DNA of 64,000 nucleotides. Source: Octopus sinensis (Eukaryota). The notes under the pieces are model-generated. The model was not told where the DNA came from and did no database searches. It worked only from the letters and a program-made list of their open reading frames with translations. The DNA lies in assembly GCF_006345805.1 (NCBI RefSeq), contig NC_043001.1, positions 120,156,001-120,220,000 on the forward strand. Direction: 5' to 3'. Below, one piece after another: positions 38,646 to 53,342 of this stretch (its first letter is position 1; each line of letters starts with the position of its first letter). The position numbers and the translations under genes are program-made.

Positions 38646-39973
38646 ATTTACCATCTACCAAATCCAAGTGTTGTATAACGTTCAGGATTTTTGAGATGTT
38701 ATGATTTTGCAGAGAACGATTCCACAAAAGTGACTCGGTGATTTTGATTAGGTATTAGCGCTTCATCAACTGGAAATCAGGAAGCTGTAGAAGGAAAGCC
38801 ATGCTGGAAATATGGAGTTAATATATCTTAATCTTGACATGTCAGAGAAGTGAACTCTGAATCAAATAGGGGAGACAGCAGTGCTGGTGAAAACTACAGA
38901 ATATGAGAAAAGCTGATTTACATTAGTAATTTTTTTTTTATTTCTGATCGTGCAAAATAAAATCTCGCAGCTCTTTTAAAAATGGGTGTGGGTGGTGGGG
39001 GAAACGAGACCAAATGAGAAACTTCTTAAAGCAATAGTCGTATATATGCAAATACAAGGCTTGATTGGTTAAGGTAGTTGCAGATAATGAATAAATGATG
39101 TTGGGAATTTTAAAAGAGCAGAAGGCAAGAGATTCGATCGTCCGGTAAAAGCAGAAGAGATTCGATCGTCTGGTATGAGCGAAGGTGACGGAGGTAGCGG
39201 TGGCAGCGGCGGCTGTAGTGATGATGATGATGATGATGAGGAGGAGGAGGAGGAGGTTAAACAAATATGAAATTGTTCCGTGTGTTGATATCATTCATGT
39301 TGTGGTTTATGACGGCTTCTTCAGTTTTGAAGATGTCTGCAGAATTTTGAGGATTTTGTTTCAGGTCTTTAAGATGTTACCATGTAACTGTAATTCAAAG
39401 CCATATCAAATTTCTACTTTATGTTTTCGTACCTCAAAGGAAAAAAAAAGCTAATTCATTTCAATTCATTATGTTTAACAATTTCGTTTTAATACACGTA
39501 GCCTTAAACTCATTAAATTATCAAATAAAATAATTAAAAAAGCAGAATTTGTATACAATACTGTAATTAAAGTGCCTTCAACGAGGATAATTAATCAAAT
39601 ATGATGGATGCAGCAAACACAGTTATTTTAAATTGATGACAGATCCGAGCTCTAGGGTAATATTTACGTAAAACGTTGGGGTTTGATGCGTGCACTGGAT
39701 AATTATTAGTATTATAACATTTATCTGTGTTTTTCTATATTTCATTAATTTCGGAGATGATATCCTGTTCTGCTACCGATACGACACTTTAGAGATTATC
39801 TCGAATTTCAGATCATAAAAAAAGCGAAAATATTATATGTAATTCGTGTAGTAATGGGTTAAAAATTTTGTATGTTGTAACCTTAGGCTGACCAAAACTA
39901 TACAAGAGAAATTTGATGGAAGTAAACTGTACCGAAATTCGTCTTATGCAAACACATATTGTTTGTGTGTGTG

Positions 39974-40021
<48 letters not shown>

Positions 40022-40780
40022 CGTGTGTGTGTGTGTGTGTGTGCGTCCATGCGTGTGTTTAATACACACGCATACACATATATGTGTAGGTCTTGAAATC
40101 AGTATGCGTTTGTGAATTTATGTTTTTACCTACGTATGTGTGTATATATAGAAACATGTGTGTGTATGTGTGTCTGTGTTTGCGTATGCCAGCGTGCATA
40201 CGATCGAGAGATTACATGCTCACCTAAGTACTAGGGTTCGATATGATTCTTTTAAAGCAATGGTCGTAGTCAAATGGTTGAAACCCAAAGGAAAATGAAA
40301 CAAACAGAAAATAAAATCAGATTGAAAGAAGCTGATATATCAAGGTGGATAAGCAGTCGAACAACCAATGTCGTGTCCAGTTACTTTATGTGAAGGCACA
40401 ATACCAGATCGAATCCCATCGCTTTTACTGTATCAAGTTCGCAGTCAATACTTTGAACTCTCGCTGTATATAGCGGACCTTTAGAGTTTAACATGGATGT
40501 TTGGTTGCATATGACGTCATTATTATAAATCTTGTTCGCTTAAACATACATTGCATTCACTACATCCGGGATTATAAAAATCTGCAAGACCTTCTTAGGA
40601 TTTAAAGGATGACGGACAAAACAAGATATTTTCCTTCACAACCTTGCTACGAAGCAGGAGGCCGGTCAAAAATTACTTTAAATTAAAAAGAGAAAGAAAA
40701 CATACATACGCTACACACGCGCGCGCGCTCACACACACATGCACAAACACACATATACACGCACACATACACACACACAC

Positions 40781-40984
40781 GCGGTGGTAGAATAGTTAGC
40801 ACGCCGGATAAAGTGCCTAACAGCATTGTGCCCGTCTTTAATTTCTGAGTTCAAATTTCGCCGTGGTTGACTTTACGATTCATCTTTTCGCAGTCGATAA
40901 AATAAGTACTAGTTAAGCACTGGGGTCAATTTAATCGACTTAACCCTCCATTGAAATTTCTGGCGTTGTGCCAAGATTTGAAAT
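40781..40984 (+). mobile_element. SINE (family B)
   Basis: Similarity to the other family B copies. Confidence 0.75.
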
Positions 40985-41019
40985 GAAAATATTATTTAGA
41001 CGCACGTGTGACAAGACGT

Positions 41020-41420
41020 TTACTTCATGATCACAAGCATCCAGGTTCAGTCTAACTACGTGGCACATTAGGCAAGTGTCTTCTACTATATCCCAAGGCC
41101 GACTAAAACCTTGTGGATAGATTTTAGTTGACGGAAACTGAAAGAAGTCGAATATGTGTGTGTGTGTGTGTGTGTACATATGTATGTATGTGTTTGTGTG
41201 TGTATTTTAGTGCATTTGTTTGTACCCCCACTACTGATTGACAACCAGTGTTAGTGTGTTTACGTCTCCGTAACTTTGCAGTTGGGCAAAAGTAACAATA
41301 GAATAAGTACCTAGCCGAAACAAAATACGTACTGGGATCGATATAATCGACTTAATCCGTTTGTCTGTCCTTGTTTGTCCTCTCTGTGTTTGACCCCTTG
41401 TGAGTAGTAAAGAAATAGGT
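41020..41420 (+). mobile_element. SINE with family A 5' body and family B-type 3' extension
   Basis: 41030-41320 matches family A; 41340-41410 matches the 3' end of the SINE at 21291-21523. Confidence 0.62.
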
Positions 41421-41440
41421 ATTTCACCTCTGCTTACATA

Positions 41441-41606
41441 AGGCGTAGAAGTGGCTCGGTTGTAAGCAGCTTGCTTACGAACCACATGGTTCCGGGTTCA
41501 GTCCCACTGCGTGGCACCTAGGGCAAGTGTCTTCTACTATAGCCTCGGGCCGACCAAAACCTTGTGAGTGGATTTGGTAGATGGAAACTGCAAGATGCTC
41601 GTCGTA

Positions 41607-41647
<41 letters not shown>

Positions 41648-41860
41648 GTGTGCATATGCTTGTTGTCTGTGTTTATCCCCCAACATCGCTTGACAACCGA
41701 TGCTGCTGTGTTTACGTCCCCGTAACTTAGCGATTCGGCAAAAGAGGCCGATAGAATAAGTACTAGGCTTACAAAGAATAAGTTCTGGGGTCGATTTGCT
41801 CGACTAAAGGCGGTGCTCCAGCATGGCCACAGTCAAATGACTGAAACAAGTAAAAGAATG
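41441..41860 (+). mobile_element. Near full-length composite tRNA-derived SINE (family A)
   Basis: Head with B-box-like GGGTTCAGTCCC, GGCACCTAGGGCAAGTG core-like block, internal (TA)/(TG) microsatellite, tail ending GACTGAAACAAGTAAAAGA. Confidence 0.85.
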
Positions 41861-42468
41861 AAAGATACAGACATTCCAAACGCCCTCCAAATCGAAATTG
41901 ACTTTTTAAAAGTTTTTGTGAGCGTTTGAAGCATACTTCGTAATCAAACGATTGTGTCCATGTCTAACGTTTCATAATTGCTTGTAGTTTCCTGCTATTT
42001 CCCGCCAAAAGTACTGTTTGTGTGAATAAAACAATGAATAAACTACATAATCTATGGAAACAAGCTTGTCTTACCACACATCTACGTGATACACAGTAGA
42101 GAGGCTGCTGTACATCTTTGGTTTCCATGACGTCTAAGCGAGATTTTTTTCTCCTACTTGTTGCAAAGTATTTCGATGGAGACATTTTAATATTGTTTAT
42201 TACTCTTGCTAAACAGATACGAAATAGATTAGATGTGATTTTCGAAAAACGAAATGGACGAATCAACCACGCTGGTGCATCTATATTTATGTTCATACAC
42301 ACGTATACACGCGCGCACACACACACACAAACACACAAACACACAAACACACATACACACACATATATATACACACACACATATACACACACACACACAA
42401 ACATACACATATATATACACACACACATACACATACACACACACATACACATACAGGCACACACACAG

Positions 42469-42506
<38 letters not shown>

Positions 42507-42629
42507 CTATGTATATAAATATATATATATATGTATATGTATGTATGTATATATATATGTATATATATGTGTGTATATATATATAATATATGTGTGTATA
42601 TATATATGTGTATATATATATATAATATA

Positions 42630-42690
<61 letters not shown>

Positions 42691-43399
42691 ATGAAAATCC
42701 TGTTAGCGAATTGCGATTGCAAAAGTTTAAGGGAACATTGTGTGTGTGTGTGTGTGTCTGTGTGTTTGTATATATGCACATACAGTTATCAAAAGATTCA
42801 TACATTCATAGACAAGCGCACACAAACTCAGCCACACAGCTGAAATTATATTGCAACATTAATACGATAACAAGATTTTCTGGAAACGTTATTTTTCTCT
42901 TGGGCGTTTAGCATTAATCTTTCGGAGAAATTATAGAACTTATATAGCTGGAGTTTCTCTGCTGTGTTAAAAATATAATTTACCGTAATGTCAAACAATC
43001 TGCAATGATTTTCGTTCCCATTTTTCATTATAGCTTACAATCAATAGCTTGGCTACATCTACAAAATTATTCTTAACTTTACTTACTCTTTGTTTTTGTT
43101 TTTTTCTGGCTTCCTCTGTTTCCATAGACATATGTAAGTAGTAGATAAAAATCTTCCAGGAGCAGAAATAGTATCGCTGAATGTCTATTTGAGCTTCGTC
43201 ATATATGTCAGCGTTTTTTCACACTATATGTGTATAATAGATGCTATCGCGAGTCGAGTACCGCAGTTAATTTGGTTTTCAACGAGGTATCTGCACGCAA
43301 AATCCTAGCCGTAGATTAATAAATCTCACAAAAAGCAAAATAGGAATTGTTAGTAAATCCATAGTAAATCCATATTAGATAATATTATACGACACACCA

Positions 43400-44730
43400 G
43401 AGCACACTCAAATATTACTAAATGGATATACAGTAGTGCAATTATTGAACGGTTTACGAAAATAGAAGATAAACTCAAATGCAGATTCGCACAATTCGAT
43501 ATTGTAGAGTTCTACCCCTCGTTCTCCAAAAGCTTGCTTCAGAAGGCTTGAATTTAGTAAAACATATGTCACTATAACAAATACCGACATAGATGTAACT
43601 ACGAACGCAAAGAAGTCATTACTCTTTCATTTGAAGTGGCAATGGGGAGCCATGACGGGCAGAGTTAGCTGACCTCGTAGGCCTTTATATCTTTGGTTAT
43701 CTTAAAAAGGAAATAAAAGAAGTTAACATAGGTTTATATAGGGACGATAGTCTGGTAGCAGAACACAATAAAGACGGATGTATTACAGATAGAATAAGGA
43801 AAAAATTATACAAAATATTTAGCCAATTAGGCCTAAGAATCACAATTAGTACAAACCTTAAAGAAATCAACTTCCTAGACATTAGCATGAATCTTAACAC
43901 AGGAAAATTTAAACCCTGCCGCAAACAAAACGAAGGATCCTCGTACATAGACATAAGTTCTAACCACCCTCCAGCATTAAATAAACAAATAGGTAACCAC
44001 ATTAGTAAACGCGTCTCCAATTTATCATTCGACAAAGACACTTTTGAAAAAGCCGTCCCATATTATCATGCTGCATTAGAAAGGTTCAACTTCAAGGATA
44101 GCGTATACAGCATTGAACCAAATATGAATAGACCAAGAAGACACAAAGGAAAATCTTATGGTCCAACCCAATTTATAGCATGAATGTAGCTACTGATATA
44201 GCTTGGACATTCTTAAAACTAATAGACAACCACTTTCCACATTCACACAAATACCTCAAGATCTTCAACAGAATTACTGTTAAAGTTAGCTATAGTTGCT
44301 TCCCCAGTATAGGCTCAATAATACCAGAAACACCCCCAAAAGACAATGCAACTGTAGATCCCCAAACCACTGCCCTCTAAACAAGTGTTTCGAGAAAGAA
44401 CTCGTATACAATGCTAAGATCACGTGCCCCAACGGAAAAGCAATGACGTATATCCGAATGACGGGCAACTCGTTCAAGCAAAGATATACACATCTAGCGT
44501 CATTCAGAGACAAAAACAAATATGATATGGACACTGAAAGAAGCAATCCCAAGATAGAATAGAAAATTATTGCTAAAGCCAAAAAATACAAAGGACGGGG
44601 TACAAAATGTGGACTCTGTATTACTGTAAAATTAAACATTATACAATGAACAGATATCATCCTAAACATTAGGAATGAAACCTTCACTCTCTGCATATAC
44701 AAGCAATATTTTATACAAAAATATTTCAAA
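43400..44730 (+). mobile_element. Decayed Penelope-like element (RT, Cys-rich linker, GIY-YIG endonuclease)
   Basis: FDIVEFYPS (43495-43521), AMGSHDG, YRDDS (43737-43751), SNHPP, KIFNRITVKVSYSC, CNCRSPNHCPL, TYIRMTGNSFKQRY, CGLCITVKL; many stops and frameshifts. Confidence 0.9.
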
Positions 44731-45138
44731 GATCCCCTATCTACGACGTCAACCCCACCAAGATGGGCCCTTTCCTAAACGTGAATACACATAACACACA
44801 AACTCCACAAAAAGGAGAAATATATGCCCCAATGACGAACTACCATATACGAAGATCATGACTAGAACAAAAACAAAATAATGTAAACAAATTGACTACA
44901 CAAAATATTTTTTCTAAAATCTAAGGGAGACAACCAAACGATGCGACCCAAAGTAACATTCTCTCATTCATTGATTAATTCTTTCATTCACGTGAATTAA
45001 CGAGAAACCTTGTGAACTAAACGAGACTGTTTCAAAATGGAAGTGTAATCGACATGAAAACTTGTTAAGACACTTGGACATTCTCCTACTTCTCTCAACA
45101 TGAAAACAATGGTAGTCTTATCGGATTTCTTATTCCAC

Positions 45139-45202
<64 letters not shown>

Positions 45203-45330
45203 AAAGAATAATTGATGTATTGCGGTTCACTATAGCTGTTTCAAATCGTGATTTTTATTCATGAATAGAAGCGTTACATCATGCAAAAAGAACCGAGTAT
45301 TAAAATATCTAAATATAACTATATAAAGTG

Positions 45331-45600
45331 TCCAGTGGTTAGGGCAGCAGACTTACGGTCGGAGAATCGCGGTTTCGATTCCTAGACCGAGCGTTGTGTG
45401 TGTTTATTGAGCGAAAACATCTAAAAGCTCCACAAGGCTCTGGTGGTGACCCCTATTGCACTCTTTCGCCACAACTTTCTCTCACTCTCTCTTCCTGTCT
45501 TCCTGTTTCTTAAGTAAAACTGTGATGGACGAGCGTCCCGTTCAGATGGAGGGAACACATACTCCACAGAAACTGGGCCCATGAATCTGGCTAAGCTTGA
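45331..45600 (+). mobile_element. tRNA-derived SINE (family C, diverged)
   Basis: Homologous to 30089-30380. Confidence 0.72.
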
Positions 45601-45920
45601 AAAGGGCAAAGTTATATAAAGGGTAAAATTTATTAGAAATAATAATTTTTACCAGTGGTCAGCATGCGGAAAATTTGTCCGTAGACCATAATATATATAT
45701 ATATATAATAATTAATAAATCTTAGGGTAGAAAAAATAGCGAGAAGGAAAACTTAGCCAATAGACTATATATTATTCATAGAAAAATACAGTGTACATTT
45801 AAACACATAAGAGATGACCATAATAGGGCATCTGACTCACAAGAAAGAGCAGTTAAACTCCAAATCACTAATAGTTGTAATTCTGAAAGGGAATGAGAAA
45901 TAAAAACGTTTACGCTATCT

Positions 45921-46009
45921 TTCCTGGACTATGCATGGTTTCGGCGATCTTTTTTAAATGGAATAAAATGATTTTAATTTACAATTGGCGTTGCCATCTT
46001 CAGCAGGAA
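45921..46009 (-). ncRNA. Type I hammerhead ribozyme with long stem II and GUC cleavage triplet
   Basis: UUCCUG-CUGAAGA-U-GGC...GCC-GAA-ACCAUGCAUAGU-C-CAGGAA; stem I 6 perfect bp. Confidence 0.8.
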
Positions 46010-46066
46010 GCCAAAGCTAACATATAGGCACGAGGCGATAAAGACGATACCAACACTTTATATATA

Positions 46067-46180
46067 TGCGCTGACATGGCTGTGTGGCCCACATGTATCT
46101 TCTATTATAGCCCGAAGCCGACCAAATTCTTGCGAGTGAATTTTCCAAGCAGAAACTGAGGAAGCCTGTTGTATATGTGC

Positions 46181-46233
<53 letters not shown>

Positions 46234-46443
46234 GTGTATGCATCTTCATGTTTGGCCTCACCACCGCACAAGGTTTACTCAAGTCCCCGTGACTTACCAC
46301 TTCGGCGTTAAAGCCGATAAAATAAGTACCAGCCTTGAGAAAATTAAATACAGGAGTGAATTCGTTGGACTAAAACCCTGCAATGAGGTGCTTCGGCATG
46401 TTCGCAGTCTAATGATGAGTGAAACAGCTAAAAGATAAAAGAT
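46067..46443 (+). mobile_element. SINE (family A, diverged, internally deleted head)
   Basis: Module order as in 41441-41860. Confidence 0.62.
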
Positions 46444-47168
46444 GTGTGTGCGTGTATGTGTGTGTGTGTGTGTGTATGTGTGTGTTGTGTATGCGTGAGA
46501 GTGAAGTACTTATAACTTTAATCTACCCGTTATGAAAACAACGCTTCACATTAAGAGTAGATAGCAGTAGGAACATCTAAGAAGGTTTTAGACTAAACAG
46601 TTTCAAAAAAGGCCGATATATGCCAACGATCTCCATAAAACTGCAGAGGAATATAAGAGAATAGACATGTACGAAAGTAACTCTCGAAAAATACTACGAA
46701 AAAGTAGTTGAAGAAAACATTTGCTAAATATTTTCCTCCTTGGCGTTTATCAATACGAATTCCGTATTCGAATATCTCTCTGTATTTATAAGTAAATTTA
46801 GATACCTTTACCTCAACTTTATTTCATGCTTTTTATTACATTTAAATAAGATAAACATATTTGCCGTCAGTAATGATGGACGGATATATTTATAAATTTT
46901 ATAATTTGTCAATGAGATGTATGATAAATGCAAAGCAGTAGGAAGTATTACGTACAGAAAAATTCTAATCATATTATGATTACAATATAGTTACAGCAAT
47001 GCGGAATACTTACATACACACACATACACACACGCACACACATGCACACACCACATACACACAGACACGCGCGCGCGCAAACACACACGTATGGAGTGTG
47101 GGATAGAGACACATATATATATGGTTGAAATTATATATACATATTTATGTATATATGCACGCTCAAGC

Positions 47169-47199
<31 letters not shown>

Positions 47200-47253
47200 C
47201 ATGCACAAAATATAAGATTGAGTAATAGATTGACACCTCTACATCTACTGTTT

Positions 47254-47300
<47 letters not shown>

Positions 47301-48504
47301 CGTACATATATATATGTATACCCTTAAACCACCTCCGTTTAGCCATCGCCTTGATCGACCGCTAGCAACTAAAGCTTCTTTATTCTCTGTTTATTTTCTC
47401 GTGTTCTTTTCTGTTGAAACATAAAATACTTATCACCTTCTTCCCGTGCGGTAAACTAATACACCTCTCTGTCGTTTATACACCTGTCTTCATCTTCTTT
47501 TTTTGTAAATTCCAAATATATGCCTATATATATATATATGTATATATATATATACATGCATATATATATGTCTATATATTTATATATATATACATATATA
47601 TCTATACCATATATACATATATATACATACATATATATATATATATATATATTATGTTAATGCATACAAATATATATATTTTTAACGTACATAATTTAAA
47701 AGAGAGCTACTAATAGATTCATGTTGTGGAGATACAATAGTTTGGCAGATTTATACAGCGCCATTTAAATTAATTATCATTTCCACAGACAAAGGGGATG
47801 AAGATACTTTTTTCCTTTCTTCTCGTTTCCTTTGGACTTTTCTCCCCGTCTTTTTCTTTTTTTTTTCTTTTTTTCTCATATTTTCTCACAGACCAGCTTC
47901 CTGGTTTTCTAAAGACCTGTTTTTATTCATCCTTCAAAGTTTTGCATCAACTTTTCCGTTTTCTATGTACCATGTACCAGTGCCATCATTTTCTCATAGA
48001 ACAGAACATATGCTCAAATGCTGAAGATTTCTTGGAAACACAGGGATATTAATATAACAAGTTTATATAATGTATTTGAGTATATTTGTACTATTTCAAA
48101 ATTTTTATTGTATTTTTCATGAATGGAATCGATTGAGTATATTAATTATCCGCTTATCATATTGATACATTTAAAATCTAGATAGATTAACAGAATCGTT
48201 GAACTTAGTAATTTAGTTTGCTTATCAATATTAGTTAGATCTTGCTATTATTTTGACTTTGATCGTTGTTATTATTGTTATTGTTATTGATTGTTTTGGT
48301 AGATGACTGGTGATTGTGATTGTACATCTTCACAGTGTATTGTTCTTTGGTTCTAATATTTTTGCACCTTTCTTTAATTGGGGGTTGATAGGTTTTCTAC
48401 TTTTCCATTAACATATTATTCTCGCTATTATATTTTTTATACATTTTATATATATATTGGATATTAATTACGATAGATATTATTATTATATATATCTCTC
48501 TATC

Positions 48505-48541
<37 letters not shown>

Positions 48542-48861
48542 ATATATATATATATATATATAGATATATATATATATATATAGGTGGCTATGTATTTGTG
48601 ATACTAAATTTAAGTTAATTAGGTACTATATTTGATATTTAGTCAACTTTGTTATATATTGTTATATTAAATCTATAGATACTACCATGTGTATTTTATT
48701 ATATAGTTAGCTTATTAAGGAGTTTGTCTATATTTGAAACATTTATTATTTTGATTACAATTTAATGATTTGTACTAGCTTTGTGTATTATTATTTAATT
48801 TTAAAGTATTTAATTATTAAGTATTATTTATTTCCCTTATGTATATTTAGGATTTTATATT

Positions 48862-48893
<32 letters not shown>

Positions 48894-49064
48894 AAAAATT
48901 ATTTTATTGTATCACCTATGGAGAAAGTTATTCAGATAGATTTCACAGACATATTTTTATGTTGTTTATGATAAAGATACAAAGTTAACAGTGAAACGAT
49001 AAATATTACAAATCTTGTATATATGTATGTATATGTGTATATATATAATATATACTATAATATA

Positions 49065-50541
49065 ATTTTCAAAAAGGGAAACAAGTCCCTTGCAGTGAAT
49101 TACCGTCCGATCTCACTCACCTCTCATATCATCAAGGTATTTGAGAGGGTGGTGAGATCTCGAATAACCAATTTCTGGAAAGCAACAGACGGCTGATCTC
49201 CAACCAACATGGGTTCCGTAATGGAAGGGACTGCCTAACGCAGCTCCTGCATCACTTTGAGGACATTTTGAGAGCTTTGGAGAGGGCTCCAACACCGATG
49301 TCATCTACCTTGATTTCAGTAAGGCCTTCGACAGGGGTCGATCACAAGATCCTATTGAAAAAACTATCCAACATTGGTGTCTCTGAAAGTTACTGAAATG
49401 GATTAAGTGTTCCTGACAGACAGATTCAACATGTTGTAGTTGAAGGGGTTAAAATCAAGCCCAGCCAAAGTCAGTAGTGGCGTTCCGCAAGGCACTGTGT
49501 GGGGCCCACTTCTTTTCATCATTTACATTAATGAGATTAATGACATCATCAAGCACAGCAAATAAAAATCTTTGCAGATGACTCCAAGCTACAGAAGGTC
49601 ATAAATGAGGCGAGTGACCGGACATGCCTTCAGTCAGATCTACTGGCTGTTATCCAATGGCAGAAAAAAAACAATATGCTGCTGAACGAGGATAAATTTG
49701 AGCTAATCCACTTTGGAAAAGAGGATGCCCTGAAACTCCCATACCCTTCTTCAGGTGAAACTCTCGCGGCGTCCAACAACATCAGAGACTTGGGAGTAAT
49801 TGTGGACAACAACGTAAGCTGGGCCACTCATATTAAACACCAAATTGACATGGCCCGCAGAATGTGTTCCTGGATTCTCAGAACTTTCCAGTCGAGAGAT
49901 ATCCACACCATTATCCTTCTTCTCCACTTTTGCCCGACCCCACCTTGAATACTGTTGTCCACTGTGGTCTCCCCACACAATACAAGGATCATAAAAGTTG
50001 AAGCACCTCAAAGGGCAATCACAAAAAAGATAGATGGCATGACAGGCCTCGACTATTGGGGTCGACTAGAAAAGCTAAAACTCTATTCTCTCCAACGTCG
50101 TCGTGAGCGCTACATATCTGCATGATGTGGAAAATATTCCATCAGCATTGCCCAAATGATGTTGGCATCACCTTTAAGGTACATCCAAGGCTTGGGCCCC
50201 GTGCCTCCGCCCAAAACAAAAATCGCACTCTCATCTCATTAACAACAATACGGCACAATTATTTCACCTCAATTGGCCCCGCTCTCTTTAACATTACACC
50301 AAAAACACATTAAAACAGAAAATGACCCTATAGGGTTCAAGAAGTCTTTGGACAGATTCCTTCAAGAAATCCCGGATAAACCCCATACACCGGATATGTC
50401 TCTGTAAACAATAACTCTCTACTTGAGTGGGCCATAGTGCCCAAATTCTGACTTGAAAGACTTCACCAGGTGGTGCTATTAAGTTAGACATGGCCTGGGC
50501 CAATAATGGCCGAAAACTACCAAAGTATCAAAGTATCAAAG

Positions 50542-50544
<3 letters not shown>
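49065..50544 (+). mobile_element. CR1-like LINE, same lineage as 6841-9936, 5'-truncated and frameshifted
   Basis: FKKGNKSLAVNYRPISL, YLDFSKAF, GVPQG, FADDSKL, LYSLQRRRERY; tail (CAAAGTAT)x3 at 50521-50544. Confidence 0.92.
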
Positions 50545-50574
<30 letters not shown>

Positions 50575-50966
50575 GTATATATATTTAGTTCCTAGACCAT
50601 GGAACTAAGTTAGATCATAAACGTTTTTAATTTTCATTCCTTTCGAGAATTTATCCCTAATTAGTGGTTTGAGTATTCTACTGCTCTTTATAGCACAAGG
50701 CTTTCCTATTTGGAAGTCTCTTAATGTGTTTTAATGTACACGATATTTTTTATGTGAATAATATATAGTTTATTGACTAATATTTTTTTGTGCTAGCCCA
50801 CTAGTAATAATAATTTTATAATTCTTATTACCCTAATATTATTATTATTATTATGTTTAAATATATATACGCTTGCATAGATACATACATATAGATATAT
50901 GTCTGTGTGTTGGTGGGTGCGTGTTTGTACGTTTGTATCCATATATTACATTATTATAATATTATA

Positions 50967-51060
<94 letters not shown>

Positions 51061-51957
51061 TGTATGTATGTATGTATGTATGTATGTATGCATGCATGCA
51101 TGCATGGATGTATGTATATAAGTATATATACAAGTGCATGTGTGTATGCATGTATGTATTTATGTTAATGTTGGTGTTACTGGTATTTAGCCACTATCAA
51201 TACTAAACCAGCTTGCCGTGTGATGAAAGGCATTCCAAACCTCACTACTTTTTCTGCATTGCAGCATTTAATATAAAGTACCAGTACTTGACAGGTACTT
51301 TATTACATCGACCTCAGGAACAAAGCCGGCAAAGTTATGATTTGAACTCACATCGTAAAAATCCGGGGACGTCCGACATTTTAATGTTTTCTGATATTCG
51401 TGCATTCTAAATATAACACGAGCTTAATTAGCTTCGGCAGTATGTAGCCTCAAGCTAATTTTAAGATGGATAATAATATGCAAAGTTAATAAGTATGAGT
51501 AAAATTGACGGGTTAAGTTATATTAATTTAGTATGATAAACCTGTGGAGAAAATTCGGCAATTAACCGTAATTAAATTATTGCATGTTAAGGTGGTAATG
51601 AATTTAAAGAGGTTTAGGTTTAGCTTAGGGTTAAAGAAAGATATGCGGTTATCGGTACGAATCCATTCATAAATATACATATCAATAATGAGAGGTAGCT
51701 TGGAGATCTTTTGATTTTCGGAATTTGTCGAGAATTTCGATACTAGTTCTGTTAATCATCTCCTTGCCATTAGGGTGCCTTAACGACATAGGTTCAAGTA
51801 TTAATATTCTTCAACCACTTATATCTTGTAAGAAAACCGAAACGGGTGCTTTTAAAATCGCGTCCATGTTAAAGAATTATCTTTGCAGTCTTTCGTTTCT
51901 GTCAATCATCACCAAGAAATCTTCTTTGAGACTTTTCTTTTTCTTTTTTTTTGTATA

Positions 51958-52175
51958 CGAGGGAGGTGCTGAAATGTTCCTGGCTTTGGTTAAAAGAAAA
52001 TATAGGAGGAACTGTTAATTATGATTTTATCCAGCATATTTCCTTCTCCGATTCACACAAATATTGCAGCGGTCCTTCAGCTACTCTAAGCCCTGTCAAA
52101 GAGCTCGGAAGTCTGGGCTTCCAACCAAGCCTTTCGTGATGCCCTTAAAGCTAGGAATTTTTCAGCATCCCTTCG
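51958..52175. mobile_element. Mariner-type MITE
   Basis: ~30-bp imperfect TIRs CGAGGGAGGTGCTGAAATGTTCCTGGCTTT / AAAGCTAGGAATTTTTCAGCATCCCTTCG, TA on both sides; second copy 62041-62258. Confidence 0.85.
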
Positions 52176-52451
52176 TATATTGCAATCAGCGTAATCTAAA
52201 TCCTATATATGTTTTATTTTCCACTAACATCATATTTTCATAATATTTGTCTTTATTCATTTCAACTTTTCTTTTCCCCCTTCTTTTACATTTTCCCATA
52301 TATTTTCTTCCATTTTCCCTCTACTTCCAGTGTTTTAAAATATGATAATTATTCGTTTCATTCATATTTTATTTTTAATAATAATCTACAAGGAACTCAA
52401 TCAGTTAATACTGTTATTTGCTTCTAAAGAAATGGCAGTCTATTTGGGTAG

Positions 52452-52452
52452 G

Positions 52453-52550
<98 letters not shown>

Positions 52551-52570
52551 AGTAGATAGATAGATAAGAG
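52452..52570. repeat. (TAGA)n microsatellite
   Basis: Read directly; one example of many microsatellites ((TA)n, (CA)n, (TATG)n) throughout the window. Confidence 0.95.
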
Positions 52571-53342
52571 AGTGAAACAGAAAGACAAACAAACAGAAAG
52601 ACAAATAGAAGGAAAGAGAGAAGCTACTACCTTTTCAGAAGTAGCCAAATTTATACATATATAATTATATACTGGAAAACCAAGCAATGTGAGAGAAAAA
52701 CAGAGTGGGAGATAGAGCAATATAAATGACACCGAATTTTGATGAGTATCTGTCAAAATATCTGCTTCACATTTATTTATGATACTATTGTCTTTGACTT
52801 AATTACAATAAGATTTTCAAAAATATTACCTGATATTGCTTGTCGTTAAATGGTAATGTTTTGTCCCCTAGGCAATTCCTTTAATGGTTTTTCACCTTTG
52901 TTTTGTATTAAGAATAAACAGAAATACGAATGATTTGAAGATAAGCAGAATATATTGGTCGCAATGATTAATCTTTATTTTTGTGTCTGCATTTATGCAT
53001 ATATAATGACATATGTATAAATGTATAGTTATACGTACCTGTGTAGATTTATGCATGTATTTTTGAACACACACACGCATATATATATATGAACACGCAC
53101 GCACACACAACACACACGCATACATACATATATACAGATATATACATATGCATACACAAGAGTATAATTGTGTGTGTCAATAAAATATACTTACATATAT
53201 ATATATATGCATATATGCATATATGTATTAATATATATATATATATATGTGACCGAATAATTGTCACGTATTATATTTACAGGTATATATATATATATAT
53301 ATATATACCTGTAAATATATGTGACAATTATTCGGTAGCCAT

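Noticed and set aside
44832-44860. HHR in the 3' region of the decayed PLE (TGACGA...GAAG)
   Set aside because: Core too degraded and no stems; suggestive position only
47798-48052. 84-aa ORF or exon after a polypyrimidine tract
   Set aside because: The N-terminal half is a T-run translation; no recognisable domain, only faint Tc1-like words on the opposite strand
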